The notes: generated by a model from the sequence alone, not told the origin. A DNA stretch of 64,000 bases from Desulfatiglandales bacterium (GCA_963667015.2 CAXXJJ010000004.1:1856001-1920000); one strand, 5' to 3'. Counted from the stretch's first letter, positions 9,621 through 20,648 are shown. Numbers and translations: made by a program.

Positions 9621-11342
9621 ATGGGAAGAACCAGCCAATTACATGACGTACTGATGGCCGACCTGGTTTTTAATAATGGAAAAATAGTGACTGTTGACAG
9701 CAGATTTTCAATTGCTCAGGCAGTTGCTGTGAAGGACGGCAGGATAGTTGCCGTTGGAGATAATGATGATATAAACGCCCTTGCAGGAAAAAGAACAAGA
9801 ACAATAAACCTGAAGGGTGCCGTAATGCTGCCCGGCATGAACGATTCCCACTGCCATATCTCAGACTGGGCATTGACCCGTCCTCCCCTCCAGCTTGAAA
9901 TAAGATACCCGGTTGTTAAATCCATAAAAGATATTGTTAAAATGGTAGCAGATAAGGCATCCACCCTGAAGCCTGGCGAATGGATCATCGGAGAAGGATG
10001 GGATGAAGGATATCTGGAGGAGTGCCTGGAAGACCCTGATCGAAAACCATGCATGGAAGATCTTGACAGAGTTGCACCGGATAACCCCGTGGTACTTACA
10101 GAATATTCGGGTCACCGTTCCTGGTCGAACAGTGTGGCATTTAAAATAGCGGATATAACAGGTGATACACCGGACCCGGTAGGCGGCAGAATAGGTAGGG
10201 GAAAAGACGGAAAACCGGACGGTTTATTATATGAAAAGGCATCAATGGATCTGAGGGGAATGATTCCGCCGCCTACCTATACCCAGCGTAAAAATGCCAT
10301 AACCAGGGCAATGGCCGAGCTGAACTCACTCGGTATAACAAGCTTTACAGATGCCGGAGTTGATAGAGAAAAATGGGCCTGTTACAACGATGTGTTTAAT
10401 GAAACTCACAAACAGGGTAAATGGACATGCCGCGTAAATATGCTCATGATGATGGGAGGATTTGGAAAATTAACGCTGGATGGGCTTAAGGATTCCTTTA
10501 AGTACATAGGCGCCCGTTATAATTTTGGTAATGACTGGTTGAAGATAGCAGGTTCAAAACTGATCGGAGACGGTATTCCGCCCCTTAAAACAGCCTATAT
10601 GTTTGAGCCCTACACGGATGGAACATACGGGTTTCTGGTAACAGAGGGTGACACACCTGAAGAACAGGAAAAAAGCCTTCGGGAATCAATCCGGATTTCA
10701 CATGGCAACAGGATGCAGATAGGTATTCACAGCTGCGGGGAGAGGACAATTGATATTATCACGGACCAGTATATGAAGTGCATAGAGGAAGATCCCTGGG
10801 ACGCCCGTCACTACATCATCCACAGTGATTTTACCCTGCCGGAAACCATAAAGAAAGTAAGCGAATTCAACAGAACCAGCAAATATAAAATAGCCTTTAA
10901 TGTCCAGTCTCCTATCAAGTGGACAATCTCCGATCACATGCAGTCTGTTGTCGGTCCCCAAAGATCTGCCTACCAATGGCCCCTGAGGTCCATGCTTGAT
11001 GCCGGCGTCCACGTTGGAAACAGTTCTGATGCCCCGGTTATATATCCTGACTGGAGACCCGGTGTGCAGGGCGCTGTATTAAGGGAATCCAAGGCTACAG
11101 GAAAACCAAGCGGTCCGGAGCAGTGCATAACTGTTGAGGAGGCCATTGCCACATACACGATTCACAATGCCTGGCTTGACCACAAAGAAGATGTCAAGGG
11201 ATCTGTAGAACCGGGCAAAGTGGCTGATTTCTGTGTAATAGACAATGATATTCTGACTGTTGATCCCCACAAAATTGTGGACCTGAAGATTCTCATGACT
11301 GTTGCAGGCGGTGAAATAGTTTACAACAGGGGAGATCTGTAG
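9621..11342 (+). CDS. Amidohydrolase 3 family (YtcJ-like) protein
   Basis: LPGMNDSHCH, IHSCGE, IIHSD, SSDAPV, GSVEPGKVADF. Confidence 0.9.
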   Translation: MGRTSQLHDVLMADLVFNNGKIVTVDSRFSIAQAVAVKDGRIVAVGDNDDINALAGKRTRTINLKGAVMLPGMNDSHCHISDWALTRPPLQLEIRYPVVKSIKDIVKMVADKASTLKPGEWIIGEGWDEGYLEECLEDPDRKPCMEDLDRVAPDNPVVLTEYSGHRSWSNSVAFKIADITGDTPDPVGGRIGRGKDGKPDGLLYEKASMDLRGMIPPPTYTQRKNAITRAMAELNSLGITSFTDAGVDREKWACYNDVFNETHKQGKWTCRVNMLMMMGGFGKLTLDGLKDSFKYIGARYNFGNDWLKIAGSKLIGDGIPPLKTAYMFEPYTDGTYGFLVTEGDTPEEQEKSLRESIRISHGNRMQIGIHSCGERTIDIITDQYMKCIEEDPWDARHYIIHSDFTLPETIKKVSEFNRTSKYKIAFNVQSPIKWTISDHMQSVVGPQRSAYQWPLRSMLDAGVHVGNSSDAPVIYPDWRPGVQGAVLRESKATGKPSGPEQCITVEEAIATYTIHNAWLDHKEDVKGSVEPGKVADFCVIDNDILTVDPHKIVDLKILMTVAGGEIVYNRGDL

Positions 11343-11394
11343 GACAGGGATATTATATCAAGTATCCGGAAATAACAATTGAGGAGTTGTATTA

Positions 11395-12789
11395 ATGATT
11401 TCAGAAAAAGACCTGGCCGCACTGTCCTACAGCGAAGCGCCAAAAATAATCACAGACACTGTTCCCGGCCCGGAGGGGAATAAAATACTTAATGACTCCA
11501 TGAATTATGAATCCATGGCACGGGGTGCCGGTGCTTTTCCACTGGTATGCGATGAAGGAAAAGGCGCCACTGTAAAAGACCCGGATGGTAACATATTCAT
11601 AGATATTACTGCCGGAGTTGCGGTTACATCTGTGGGACGATGCCACCCGAGGGCTCAGGAAACCATAAAGGGACAGATGACCAGGCTTATGCACGGGGGA
11701 GACTGGAGCAACACAAAGAGGGCTGAACTCGCAAAGAAAATATCGGGTATCATGCCGGCCGGATTACGGGACAACTGCGTTACCTATTTTGCCCAGGGGG
11801 GAAGCGGGGCAGTAGAAACAGCCATAAAGTTTGCCAGAAAAATTACAGGAAGGAGTCAAATCCTTGCGTTTCACGGTGACTACCATGGCGTATGGTGCGG
11901 GAGCGGATCTTTAACTACCGGCGATCAGTATCGACAGGGATATGGCCCTTTTATTCCCGGCGTTATCCATGCACCATATCCATACTGCTACAGGTGCTGC
12001 TTCGGGCTTGAATACCCGGCTTGTAAGCTTCAGTGTGCTCAATATGTAGATTACGTGATGAATACCCCCTACACAGGCGCCGATGATGTAGGGATGGTGA
12101 TTGTTGAACCGCTTCAGGGAGAGGGAGGATATGTGGTGCCTCCGCCCGGATGGTTTGAAATAATCAAACAGGCCTGTGAAAAACACGGGGCACTTCTTGT
12201 GGCGGATGAAGTTCAGGCAGGAGCCGGAAGAACAGGTAAAATGTGGTCTATTGAGCATGACGGTATTGAGCCGGACATATTGACCTGGGGAAAGGGCATG
12301 GGGGGTGATCTTCCCAATGCCGGGGTTTGCATAAGAAAGGATCTGGCTCAAAAGATAGAAGAAAGTTCACAGCCGAACACATTTGCAGGTAATGCCTTAA
12401 CAGCCGCTGTAACCCTCACAAACATAGAAATATTGAGTGAAAATGAATTTGAACTGGTCAAAAGGGCAGGACTGCTGGGTGATAAAATTCAGGGCTGGCT
12501 GAAGGATGGGGCAAAAAATCTTCGCACCATAGGAGATGTAAGAGGTCGGGGGCTGATGATAGGAATAGAAATGGTAAAGGATAAAAATACAAGAGAACCG
12601 CTTGACGGGGATACAATGGGGAGCCTGATAATGAATATGCTCAAACGCGGTGTTGTAATGGTGCCCTGCGGACGGTACGGCAATGTATTTCGTTTTATGC
12701 CCTCTTTAGTGCTTACGGAAGAGTATGCGAAGAAGGCAACGGATATATTTCTTGAAACCATAAAGGAGGTTGAGGCAGATGTTAATTAA
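11395..12789 (+). CDS. Class III PLP aminotransferase (GabT-like)
   Basis: GSGAVETAIK, FHGDYHG, EPLQGEGG, DEVQAGAGRTG, TWGKG, NTFAGN. Confidence 0.9.
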   Translation: MISEKDLAALSYSEAPKIITDTVPGPEGNKILNDSMNYESMARGAGAFPLVCDEGKGATVKDPDGNIFIDITAGVAVTSVGRCHPRAQETIKGQMTRLMHGGDWSNTKRAELAKKISGIMPAGLRDNCVTYFAQGGSGAVETAIKFARKITGRSQILAFHGDYHGVWCGSGSLTTGDQYRQGYGPFIPGVIHAPYPYCYRCCFGLEYPACKLQCAQYVDYVMNTPYTGADDVGMVIVEPLQGEGGYVVPPPGWFEIIKQACEKHGALLVADEVQAGAGRTGKMWSIEHDGIEPDILTWGKGMGGDLPNAGVCIRKDLAQKIEESSQPNTFAGNALTAAVTLTNIEILSENEFELVKRAGLLGDKIQGWLKDGAKNLRTIGDVRGRGLMIGIEMVKDKNTREPLDGDTMGSLIMNMLKRGVVMVPCGRYGNVFRFMPSLVLTEEYAKKATDIFLETIKEVEADVN

Positions 12790-12814
12790 ATTATCTGACA
12801 GGAGAAGGATCAAT

Positions 12815-14542
12815 ATGGCAAACACAATCAGGATTTCGCTTATCACCTTTTTAATCATGCTGATGGCAACAGCTGTTGCTCATGCTGCAAACCTTTCGGA
12901 GATGAACGGAGCGAGCCTGATTCTTACCAATGGCAAGATTTGCACAGAATCAGCAACAGAAGAAGCAATGGCAATCGGGGAACAGGGCATCATCCTGGCA
13001 GTAGGTGATGTGGAAACTGTAAATCGATACAAGAGGTCAACAACACAGGTTATTGATCTGGCCGGTGACACAGTGCTGCCCGGATTGCATGACACACACG
13101 TACATCCTAGCTCAGGCTATAAGCGGGGTTGTAATTTTGAGCAGGGCTCATCATTGAAGAAAGTTCAGGAGACAGTAGCTGAGTGTGTGAGAAAAAAAGA
13201 GGATAAAGAGTGGATTACCGGTGGTCAATGGGATGCAGACTCACTGGGCGGAATGCCTGATCGTAAAATGCTGGATAAAGTTTCTCCCGATAATCCGGTT
13301 TTATTAAGAGATATTTCCGGCCACAGCACCTGGGCTAACTCGCTTGCTCTCGAAATGTCCGGGATTGATAAAGACACACCTGATCCAAAAGGGGGCATTA
13401 TCGAACGTGATAAAGCTGGGCACCCTACCGGCGTGCTGAGAGAAGCCGCCAGTCAGTTGGTCAGGTTTATAGAAAAGCCTCCGACTCCCGAAGAGAGCAG
13501 GGTGGCTTTAGAGTGGGCACTCAATGAGATGCTTTCCTATGGCATCACTTCCTTGAGCGATGCCGCGGTAAGTACATCTTTAGCAAAAACATACACAGAT
13601 CTGGCTGACTCGGGAAAGTTAAAGCAGAGGGTACGGTTATGTTTTATGTGGAGCCCTGATAATGAAAATGCAGAGGTAATGATTGCAGAGCGCAATCTAT
13701 ATGCCAGGGATCTAATATATCCTGACTGTGTAAAGATTTTCCTGGATGGCGTGCCTACTGACAGCCATACTGCCGCGATGTTAGAACCTTATGAGGATAC
13801 TGTTAAAGGGAGGGAGGATGAAGCGAGCCGAAAAGGACTTCTCCTGGTTCCCTCTGATATTCTTAATGAGGCGGTGACAAGATTTGACGCAATGGGCCTG
13901 ACAGTCAAGTTTCATGCAGTAGGCGACGCTGCTGTGCGACAGGGTCTTGATGCCATCGAAGCGGCACGCAAAAATAACGGTTTCAGTGGACTGTATCACA
14001 ACACCGGGCATAACAGCTTTGTACATATGGATGACATTCGCAGAGCGAAAAATATTGCAGCTACATTCGAGATGTCTCCTTATATCTGGTATCCCAATCC
14101 TATTATTGCCGATATTGCCAGGGCTATAGGCCCGGAACGTATGAAGCGCTGGACACCTGTAAAAGATGCCATTGATGGAGGAGGTCTGGTGGTTCCTGGT
14201 TCTGATTGGAATGTAGTTCCTTCAGTCAATCCATGGATTGCTATTGAAACACTGGTAACACGTCAAAAACCCGGGGGAGGAGGTGAAATTCTAGGTGAAA
14301 GCCAGAGAATCACTTTAAAACAGGCAATTGATCTTTTTACTGTAAATTCTGCCAAACAGATGGGAAATGGAAACAGGACCGGACGAATTGAACCGGGGCT
14401 GCTGGCTGACCTGGTTGTAATCGACCGAAATCCCTATGAGATTCCTGTCACGGAAGTACATAAAATCAAAGTCAGGAAAACCATAATAAATGGAGAGGTT
14501 GTGTACGATCGAACGGGGGGGGGAATAGCTGAAGCCGTTTAG
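12815..14542 (+). CDS. Secreted amidohydrolase 3 family protein
   Basis: Signal peptide (AHA); LPGLHDTHVH, KIFLDG, FHAVGD, GSDWNV, GRIEPGLLADL. Confidence 0.9.
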   Translation: MANTIRISLITFLIMLMATAVAHAANLSEMNGASLILTNGKICTESATEEAMAIGEQGIILAVGDVETVNRYKRSTTQVIDLAGDTVLPGLHDTHVHPSSGYKRGCNFEQGSSLKKVQETVAECVRKKEDKEWITGGQWDADSLGGMPDRKMLDKVSPDNPVLLRDISGHSTWANSLALEMSGIDKDTPDPKGGIIERDKAGHPTGVLREAASQLVRFIEKPPTPEESRVALEWALNEMLSYGITSLSDAAVSTSLAKTYTDLADSGKLKQRVRLCFMWSPDNENAEVMIAERNLYARDLIYPDCVKIFLDGVPTDSHTAAMLEPYEDTVKGREDEASRKGLLLVPSDILNEAVTRFDAMGLTVKFHAVGDAAVRQGLDAIEAARKNNGFSGLYHNTGHNSFVHMDDIRRAKNIAATFEMSPYIWYPNPIIADIARAIGPERMKRWTPVKDAIDGGGLVVPGSDWNVVPSVNPWIAIETLVTRQKPGGGGEILGESQRITLKQAIDLFTVNSAKQMGNGNRTGRIEPGLLADLVVIDRNPYEIPVTEVHKIKVRKTIINGEVVYDRTGGGIAEAV

Positions 14543-14557
14543 ATTGTGGGCTGTGTA

Positions 14558-14624
14558 AATCGGGACGTTGTTCGGTTATTAGGTTTAAACTGTCAACCTT
14601 ATAACCGAAAAGCGTCCCGGTTTT
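14558..14624. repeat. Inverted-repeat element between convergent genes
   Basis: atcgggacgttgttcggttat ... ataaccgaaaagcgtcccggtt. Confidence 0.6.
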
Positions 14625-14694
14625 CACACTAAATTATGATACAATCATTTTCAACTTATAATCTTATGGGCGCCCCACTATGTACATATGCAGT

Positions 14695-15606
14695 CTATTT
14701 ATACACCGGTTCATCGGGCCAGCCCATGGTTTTATATTTTTTACCAAACTCAAAATATGCCTGTACCCAGACCACCAGACCGTTGTTCATCTTGAACATA
14801 TGAAAATCAGGCCAAACACCATTAAAAAGAGCATATGCTACAACAACTCCTGCCTCTTCATCCACCAGGAACCGTCGGGGGCCATGGGTATCGGCCATAT
14901 CTGCAAAACCCTCGGGCGAGCAGTCATATTTGGGCATCACCGAGGTCTGGTTCATCCCTCCTCTTGTCAGTATCATTCCATTTTCCCACCTGTCGCAGAA
15001 CCCTGAATATGCCAGGTCTGATACTTTCCGTTTTTTCTCCTTAACAAATAATTCAAAATAATCATCTGCCACAGCCATCATTGCCAGGCGGGAGCTCCTC
15101 TGTTCCATTGGAAGAATACCTTCCCAGTCCTGATCTTTTGTAGCCATAATAGCCGGTACATTGAGCACCTGGCCTCCCCGGACCACAATAGCTTCGATCT
15201 CGGAAATCTCATCTCTATCTATTTTAAGCCTTACACCGTAAAGTACGGGCTTGGGATTGTCTTTCTCTTCGATTATAGCCTGAATATGGGTTCCGCATTT
15301 CGTTGTATCAATCACTTTCCGCATAAAGGTTGTCTCAAGGGCAGTTTCCCACACACCCTTTCCCACGGGAACTTCAATGCCGTTTTCTGTGTACCTGGCA
15401 TTTGAAGCAAAAGGCACACCGGATGGATCATGGGCCTCAAGGGCTCTAAAATACTGGTCTGCAATACTTTTGAGATTTTCTCGTGTACATTCACCTGAGC
15501 CGGTCGTTTCGGATGTTGTGGCAGCGTTAACTTCTAGAATTTGACCGCCCTGAGTTAAAAACAATAATAATCCACTGAATAGTATATTCCGCAGCACTCT
15601 GTTCAT
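14695..15606 (-). CDS. Secreted hypothetical protein with two NTF2-like repeats (DUF8021-like)
   Basis: Signal peptide; internal repeat IADQYF..YTENG / VADDYF..RWENG; GGAGG RBS. Confidence 0.55.
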   Translation of the reverse strand: MNRVLRNILFSGLLLFLTQGGQILEVNAATTSETTGSGECTRENLKSIADQYFRALEAHDPSGVPFASNARYTENGIEVPVGKGVWETALETTFMRKVIDTTKCGTHIQAIIEEKDNPKPVLYGVRLKIDRDEISEIEAIVVRGGQVLNVPAIMATKDQDWEGILPMEQRSSRLAMMAVADDYFELFVKEKKRKVSDLAYSGFCDRWENGMILTRGGMNQTSVMPKYDCSPEGFADMADTHGPRRFLVDEEAGVVVAYALFNGVWPDFHMFKMNNGLVVWVQAYFEFGKKYKTMGWPDEPVYK

Positions 15607-15780
15607 ACTGAAACCCTCCTGATTTGTCTGTTTATATTATTGGCTAGTGTCCATCCATAACTATTTTTAGATAGAATAAAAGTTGACCATATGTAGGATG
15701 TCCTTATGTGTCAACAGGATTTTTTTATTTGAAAAACCGAAATTTTTATAAAAGTATTACAGTTGCTATTTTATATGGCA

Positions 15781-15814
15781 GGGGGTCAGGCAGGGGGTCA
15801 AGTCTGCTATTGAC
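15781..15814 (+). repeat. Half element of the GGGGTC..TTGAC family with duplicated end
   Basis: gggggtcaggcagggggtcaagtctgctattgac; near-identical to the left arm at 4405. Confidence 0.55.
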
Positions 15815-15965
15815 TAATGAGGCAGAAATAGGTAAGAAAGAATCATTTCCAGGTCACTGAATATCCGGCTTACCCATTTCAAAGAACAATTAAAAATCCC
15901 ATTTCCTGCCTATAAGCCAGCTGTATTCCGCAAACGCGGTTTTGGGATCAGAACTGTATGCTTCC

Positions 15966-17516
15966 TTATGTATTCTGACAACCTTTATCCACAGGGGAAT
16001 TGTTTGCTTTTAAATATTGCCTGATCAGAAACTTCATCAGGTCATCGGGTCCTTTATTGCTGGTGGTTATTTCATCATAGAAAAATATCCTGTTTGGTTC
16101 ATCTTCAGTAAAGGGCTTCCACAGAGGCATGTCGGAACCATCGGCATCTTTTCCATTCGGGTTGCCTGACCGGATAAAGTTCGCCCAGTAATTGCACATC
16201 TTTCGCGCCAGGTCATAATGCCTGCCAACAAAGGGTCGCCAGCATTTTGCCAGTGTCTCGAAAAAGAACCAGAGGTCAGAGGAATGGAAGGAACCGGGAT
16301 TGTCCCAGCCCGGGATCTCCGGATTAAACACCCAGTAATATATGGGCGTCTTATCACCTGTTTCAGCCTTTGCCCTGCCCAGCAGCCTGATCCCCAGTTC
16401 CATATGGCAGACCGTGGCTTTGTAAAGCATCTCCGAAATGCTGCCCGTTGATGATGCACAAAGCTCAAGAAACTCCGCTGCATCATCACCATAGTTTTCT
16501 TCTGCAAATGCCCTGAACTCTTCAGCCGAATTTACCAGGGGCCGGTTCGGGAATTCTGTTGCAGTGTGTCCGAACATCATGGGAACCATCTGGCATTTAT
16601 TTGACATGTACAGTTTGTTGAGGTTTCCGACACAGAATTTTCCGTCAATTACAGTGCCCCACATGGCCTTGTATTCTATCATCTTATCCCTGAGAATTTC
16701 CGCATCCAGCCTGCGGGCCTCGTCAAGGGAGGAGACGCCTAAAAACCTGAAGAACTCAACGCCATCCTGCTCTGCCTCTGATAAATCCTTGTCCGGGATG
16801 ACGAAATTCTCAGGATAGGCGGAAAATATAAGGCCGCTGTCACAAATGGCCTTCTGAAACAGGCCCACGTTTTGAGGTGAAGTCGCCTGGGCCATGACAC
16901 TGACGCCTCCTGCGGACTGTCCGGCTATTGTAATATTTTCAGGATCCCCGCCAAAGGCCGCAATATTCCGCTGTACCCAGCGTGTTCCCGCCTGCTGGTC
17001 AAGGTGTCCGAAGTTGGCGGGTGCTTCAGGATTTTCCGCTGTGATTTCCGGATGGCAGAGGAAACCGAAGACATTCAGCCTGTAATTAACAGTAACGACT
17101 ATGATACCGCGCCTTGCTAAACGCTCGCCGTCAAACTCCATCTCTGCAGTATTGCCTTCATGGAGGGCACCGCCAAAATACCAGACAAAAACAGGCAGCC
17201 TTTCATCCGCACGTTTAGCCGGTGTCCAGACATTGAGATGCAGGGAATCCTCATCCATTTCGATTGATGTATCCACATTCCATTCTCTTGTATAGATAAT
17301 CTCGGGATCTTCGCCCGGGATATGCTGCATGGAGATCGGTGCAAACTGGTATGCCAGCAGAACCCCGTCCCAGTCCGGTGCGGGCTGCGGCCCCCTCCAG
17401 CGGTTTACACCGACCGGAGGTGCGGCAAAGGGAATGCCCTTAAATGATGTGATTCGAGGATCAGCGGCCGGTAAACCTTCGACAATTCCATTTTCAACAG
17501 TAACTCTTCGTAACAT
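15966..17516 (-). CDS. Type-B carboxylesterase
   Basis: FKGIPFAAPPVG, EDSLHLNVWTP, GQSAGG, FHSSDL. Confidence 0.92.
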   Translation of the reverse strand: MLRRVTVENGIVEGLPAADPRITSFKGIPFAAPPVGVNRWRGPQPAPDWDGVLLAYQFAPISMQHIPGEDPEIIYTREWNVDTSIEMDEDSLHLNVWTPAKRADERLPVFVWYFGGALHEGNTAEMEFDGERLARRGIIVVTVNYRLNVFGFLCHPEITAENPEAPANFGHLDQQAGTRWVQRNIAAFGGDPENITIAGQSAGGVSVMAQATSPQNVGLFQKAICDSGLIFSAYPENFVIPDKDLSEAEQDGVEFFRFLGVSSLDEARRLDAEILRDKMIEYKAMWGTVIDGKFCVGNLNKLYMSNKCQMVPMMFGHTATEFPNRPLVNSAEEFRAFAEENYGDDAAEFLELCASSTGSISEMLYKATVCHMELGIRLLGRAKAETGDKTPIYYWVFNPEIPGWDNPGSFHSSDLWFFFETLAKCWRPFVGRHYDLARKMCNYWANFIRSGNPNGKDADGSDMPLWKPFTEDEPNRIFFYDEITTSNKGPDDLMKFLIRQYLKANNSPVDKGCQNT

Positions 17517-18826
17517 TATGGTTCTCCTTTATTTTCATCCCGATACCAGTCCTCATCTCCATACAGTTCTTCAGAACATTCAGGGCAGATTCCGTGACTG
17601 AATAATGCCTCCGAATGCTCAGATATATATTTTTCAATCTGGCCCCAGTAGCCCTGATCATCCCTTACCTTTTTGCATCTTGCACATATTGGTATGAGGC
17701 CTTTGAGCGTCTTTACATTTTCCATTGCCTCACGGAGTTCGGCAATAAGTTTTTTATTTTCATTTTCCGCTATCTTCTGAATGGTAATATCCCTCGCTAC
17801 CAGTACATAGCCGGCCTTTTCTCCGTCCTTCTCATGCAGCATTGAAACAGAGATGTTTACCGGGATTCTCTCATCTTTATCTGTAACCAGGGCATCTTCC
17901 ACCTGCCTTACGATATAATGATCAGCAGGCTTCCTGGTATCATAATCATTTACAGCAGTTTCCAGTCTGTCGAAGAGATCATGCAGAACCTTTCCTGTGA
18001 ATAATTTATTTATATTATTATGGATAATCTCCCCATGCCGGTATCCGGATAATTTTAACACGGCATTATTACATGAAGCGATATTCCTGTTCCGGTCAAT
18101 AATAAGAAGCAGATCCGACATTGTCTCAATAATATTGTTTGCAGCGGTCGCCGGGTTCAGATCAAGAAGGCCGAATTTCCAGACCGCATATCCGAGAACC
18201 AGTTCCAGCAGCATTGTAAAAAAAGACGGCACCCTGGGAATATCATTAATAAAGTATATGGAGCTCCCCAGAACAGTCGGCAGGAAAAAACCCAGGGAAA
18301 TATAAATTAACTGTTTCTTCTTTTTCTTATCCCTGGTTTTAAAAAAATAGATCAATGGAATAATAAAACTTAATAATCCAAAAATGCTTATCCACAGGTT
18401 GACCAGGGAAAGAAAAGGTGACTGAACATTATATACTGCCTCATTTCCCCAGCGGCCTTTCACAATATCTATTACTACATCCCCTGAAAAAAGAATGTAC
18501 AAATAAAATATAATATTAGGGATATAGACAATCGCCAGAAACCATTTTTTTTTGATAACTCCTATGCCGGTTATGGCAAACACAAAATGCAGGGCAACAC
18601 TGACAGCCAGACTCGGAACGATGTTGGTTTTTGCCCAGAACAGTGTATATAACGGCTCAGAAGACTGAATAAACAGAAACTCGCTCAATGCCATCCATGC
18701 GTTGACAAGACAAAGGGCCAGAAACAACTTATGTTCCAGTTTTTTACTGCTTTGATAATAGACAAGGAAACCAATAAGGAGACATACAATAAAAGCAGCT
18801 AAAGAAATGCTTAATGGCAGTATCAT
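17516..18826 (-). CDS. 7TM (HisKA_7TM-like) + PAS sensor with C-terminal Cys/His motif, no kinase domain
   Basis: Seven hydrophobic segments; PAS ending VARDIT; LKGLIPICARCKKVRDDQGYW...SHGICPEC. Confidence 0.75.
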   Translation of the reverse strand: MILPLSISLAAFIVCLLIGFLVYYQSSKKLEHKLFLALCLVNAWMALSEFLFIQSSEPLYTLFWAKTNIVPSLAVSVALHFVFAITGIGVIKKKWFLAIVYIPNIIFYLYILFSGDVVIDIVKGRWGNEAVYNVQSPFLSLVNLWISIFGLLSFIIPLIYFFKTRDKKKKKQLIYISLGFFLPTVLGSSIYFINDIPRVPSFFTMLLELVLGYAVWKFGLLDLNPATAANNIIETMSDLLLIIDRNRNIASCNNAVLKLSGYRHGEIIHNNINKLFTGKVLHDLFDRLETAVNDYDTRKPADHYIVRQVEDALVTDKDERIPVNISVSMLHEKDGEKAGYVLVARDITIQKIAENENKKLIAELREAMENVKTLKGLIPICARCKKVRDDQGYWGQIEKYISEHSEALFSHGICPECSEELYGDEDWYRDENKGEP

Positions 18827-19002
18827 ACTGACCCCCTTTAAATTCCGGTTGTGAAGTAGCGTGTGTTGTTAGAAAAATTAATTTACACGGAACTATATAA
18901 TATTTATACCATTATGGATTGTGAACTTGCAACCCTCATAGATATGAAAACGATCACAGACATTGTGGTCCGATACTATACGGTATGTATAAAATAATTA
19001 AG

Positions 19003-19027
19003 TGGATGCCCGCCTGCGCGGGCATGA
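19003..19027. repeat. REP-like palindrome
   Basis: ggatgcccgc-ctgc-gcgggcatgac; related copy at ~6270-6298. Confidence 0.5.
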
Positions 19028-19113
19028 CGGTCTGTAGAGACATGTTTCAAACCTGTCAATGGATTCTTCACGAGCTTTATTGCTGTATAATATTGTTATT
19101 TCCCACGTCCGTT

Positions 19114-20010
19114 TTAAAATCGCATGAAGAAATCCCAGGTCTCTTTTGCAATCCAGTTTTCATCGGACCCGGGATCCTTTTCCATCATCGAATGACTGCC
19201 TTTGAAGGAACCGAATACCACGGGGTATCCTTTCTTACACCCCTGGAACTCAGTGGATACATGAGTGGCGGTCGTTGCAACGGGCAGATCCTTCGGGATA
19301 GTACAACCATTGTCCGCTAAATGCGTCAGGACACAATATTTACCGCCTTCTTTTTTCTCATCTGAGTTCACGTATTTACAAAGAAAGTCATCGGTTCCGG
19401 TCGTACTGTAAAAAGCGACAGGTTCATGGGTATTTTGAGGGAGATAAATATTCCAGTTTGCCGGGGCATAACAGGCGACTGCCCGTAATTCTTTCTGAAA
19501 ATCCAGGGACAGCGAGTAGGTAACCATAGCGCCATAGCTGAATCCGCAGCAGAAAATCCGTGATGTGTCCACACACAGCTTTTCCTTGAACAGTTTGAGC
19601 ATATCTGCAAAGAAAACATGGTCTTTATCGTCATTTACTCTCCATGGTGTCCTGTCAGTATTTCCCTCGGGTGAAACAAAAATTACAGGAATATTATCCT
19701 TTTCAGCATATGTCTCTAGTCCGTAATATTTCATATCGACGATTGTATTCATATTCCCGCCCATCATATGCATGCAGAATACCAGCCTGTAAGGAGTGTT
19801 TTCGTCATAGTTGTCGGGAATTTTGATAATATATTTACGGTTTAGTCCGGCGCTCGTAATCTTGTGGGTCCCGCTTTTTAAGTCCGAAAGCTTTTTGCCG
19901 CAACCGCCGCTCGGACATTCAGAGTTTTTATAAGACATTTCAGCCAAAGAGATCGGTGCTATCAGCAACATTGCCAGGCTACATATCAGGAAATATTTTA
20001 TCTTTTTCAT
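19114..20010 (-). CDS. Secreted feruloyl esterase / PHB-depolymerase-like esterase
   Basis: Signal peptide; RKYIIKIPDNYD..PYRLVF..H, LCVDTSRIF..GFSYG, GTDD, GSH. Confidence 0.75.
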   Translation of the reverse strand: MKKIKYFLICSLAMLLIAPISLAEMSYKNSECPSGGCGKKLSDLKSGTHKITSAGLNRKYIIKIPDNYDENTPYRLVFCMHMMGGNMNTIVDMKYYGLETYAEKDNIPVIFVSPEGNTDRTPWRVNDDKDHVFFADMLKLFKEKLCVDTSRIFCCGFSYGAMVTYSLSLDFQKELRAVACYAPANWNIYLPQNTHEPVAFYSTTGTDDFLCKYVNSDEKKEGGKYCVLTHLADNGCTIPKDLPVATTATHVSTEFQGCKKGYPVVFGSFKGSHSMMEKDPGSDENWIAKETWDFFMRF

Positions 20011-20100
20011 TTGTTTGCCTCCTTATTTTGCTTTAATTATTGTCAATAATCTCTCAAGACTGAAGCTGCACCTGCATTTCCCTTTGCTAAAGAAGCTTGC

Positions 20101-20616
20101 CTATCCCTGCTTTATCAGGTTTCCGGCTTCATCTATAGGTTCCCCGTCTACATTCAGTCTCTGGGGGTTGCCCGGTTTGAACTTACTATATTGTCCGCAT
20201 AAAGTAATGTCCTGAAAAACGATTGGTTTTTCCTTATCGTAAATTTCAACAAATGTAAGGGGGCAATGAAGCATTCCCGCCTTAACAAAGATAATAGTGG
20301 ACTCACTAATAGTAATCTTTTCCAGATTTTCCATTTCATGGCCCAAGTAGAGTTCAACTATACCGCCTAATTCACTCCTGTTTGCAGGATCTGATCCGCA
20401 AAAAAACAAGAACTGGTCATAATCGTGATAAAAGGTTTCGCCCTCCATGGTAAAGGGGTCGGTAATGAGCCAGGAAGCGATGTTGAAATTACTCTCCTTA
20501 TTTTGATTTATGTACAGTATAGACGGGTTGTTGGGAGCAGTGCCAAAAAGATTATCCGGAGGTGTTACAACATCACTTTTAAATACATACTTATCAAAAT
20601 CAAAATTCTTTGCCAT
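20101..20616 (-). CDS. Cupin-like hypothetical protein
   Basis: HDYDQFLFFCGSDP...LGG..ELYLG...GMLHCPL. Confidence 0.55.
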   Translation of the reverse strand: MAKNFDFDKYVFKSDVVTPPDNLFGTAPNNPSILYINQNKESNFNIASWLITDPFTMEGETFYHDYDQFLFFCGSDPANRSELGGIVELYLGHEMENLEKITISESTIIFVKAGMLHCPLTFVEIYDKEKPIVFQDITLCGQYSKFKPGNPQRLNVDGEPIDEAGNLIKQG

Positions 20617-20648
20617 AAGAATCTCTCCTGTTCATGTATGTTATAGAA

